NCBI GenBank assembly: GCA_965225985.1
Contig: OZ245330.1
Coordinates: forward strand, 3,612,983-3,676,982
DNA: 64,000 nt
Direction of reading: 5' to 3'
Source: a bacterium
GTDB taxonomy: Bacteria > UBA8248
The translations under genes and the position numbers were made by a program. The notes under the pieces were generated by a model, which ran no database searches, was not told where the DNA came from, and saw only the letters and a list, made by a program, of their open reading frames with translations. Of this stretch, positions 63,256-64,000 are shown one piece after another (the stretch's first letter is position 1; the number at the start of each line of letters is the position of its first letter).

Positions 63256-64000
63256 GTGGAACTGCAACACCGCATTGCCTTGCTCCCCACAGAAGCTCAG
63301 ATGGTGAGCGTGCACCTCGCCGTCACCTGCCTCGACGAGCAGCTTACCTTCCTTAACGCTTCGGGTCCGATCTTCACCTGTCGCGCCGATGACGAGGGCG
63401 CGCGGCGCTTCGCCGCGGTGATGCTCACCGAGCCGAGCCTCGGTCTGGCCACAACCACCGAGGTAGCCAAGGCGCTGGGGCGCCATCGCTCGCGCGTGCA
63501 CGATTACCGCAAGCGCTATCGCGACGGTGGTGCGGAGGTGCTCGAGGTGAAACGGCGCGGGGCGAGCAAGCTCAAGGGCGAGCCGTTAACTCGCGCCCAG
63601 CAGTGCCTCGACGAGGGCCTGTCCAATCGCAAGGTGGCGCAGGCGGTGGGCCTGAGCGAGGGCACGATCCGCAAAGCGCTCAAGGCGAATCGGTTGTCGC
63701 GGGTGAAGCGCACCGAGGCGCACTCAGCGCCGTCGCCGCAACGGCCCGCGAGCACGCCGCGCGAGCGCACCGAGGCGGATGCATCGTGCGCCGGGGGCGT
63801 GGCGACGAAGCGTGAGCAAGAGCGCGCGCTGGCATCGACGGGTCAGCTACCCGAGGCACCAGTGCGCTTCGAAGCGGCGCAGTCGGTGGCCAAGGCCGGG
63901 GTGCTGGTGGCCCTGCCTGCGCTGCTCAGCCAGGGGCTGCTCGAGGTGGGCCAGAACATCTACGCCAAGCTGAACAACGGCTACTACGGCCCCACCACCA
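63256..64000 (+). mobile_element. Putative transposase with tandem HTH domains, open at the window end
   Basis: Manual translation from GTG 63256: TEVAKALGRHRSRVHDYRKRYRDGG, LSNRKVAQAVGLSEGTIRKAL, AGVLVALPAL; possible TGTAAT end near 63140. Confidence 0.65.

Overview
The window has three parts. (1) 1-14.1 kb is a very GC-rich chromosomal stretch: two frameshifted TPR-glycosyltransferase paralogues, a class III cyclase-hydrolase fusion, an M20 amidohydrolase, a low-GC RelA/SpoT-domain gene, bioB, a PilZ protein, a receiver-TPR protein, serS, an SMR exporter and tRNA-Ser(TGA). (2) 14.1-45.7 kb is a decaying composite island between two convergent tRNA-Ser genes. It holds a PICI-like satellite (integrase, AlpA, primase, type I R-M cargo, its own lambda-like cosQ/cosN, terS/terL and a capsid remnant), a serine-recombinase element, a one-spacer type I-E CRISPR unit, several IS remnants, a lone HEPN gene and a second head-packaging cassette from the same satellite family. 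It also holds a two-gene ubiquitination-like locus: a ComEC-type metallo-beta-lactamase-fold protein with a Gly-ending tail, coupled to what reconstructs as one ~1137-aa E2-E1(ThiF)-JAB-patatin fusion, with no CD-NTase or ubiquitin-like gene. (3) 45.7-64 kb has gammaproteobacterial-type housekeeping synteny (acd desulfinase, soxBDAG, dnaX-ybaB-recR, rsgA, orn, nnr, tsaE, amiB, truncated hflD) and ends in a transposase. The best candidates for an undescribed system are the MBL + E2-E1-JAB-patatin locus and the lambda-type head-forming satellite family. The two flanks differ enough that the contig may be chimeric. All calls rest on motif reading and recall; no searches were run.
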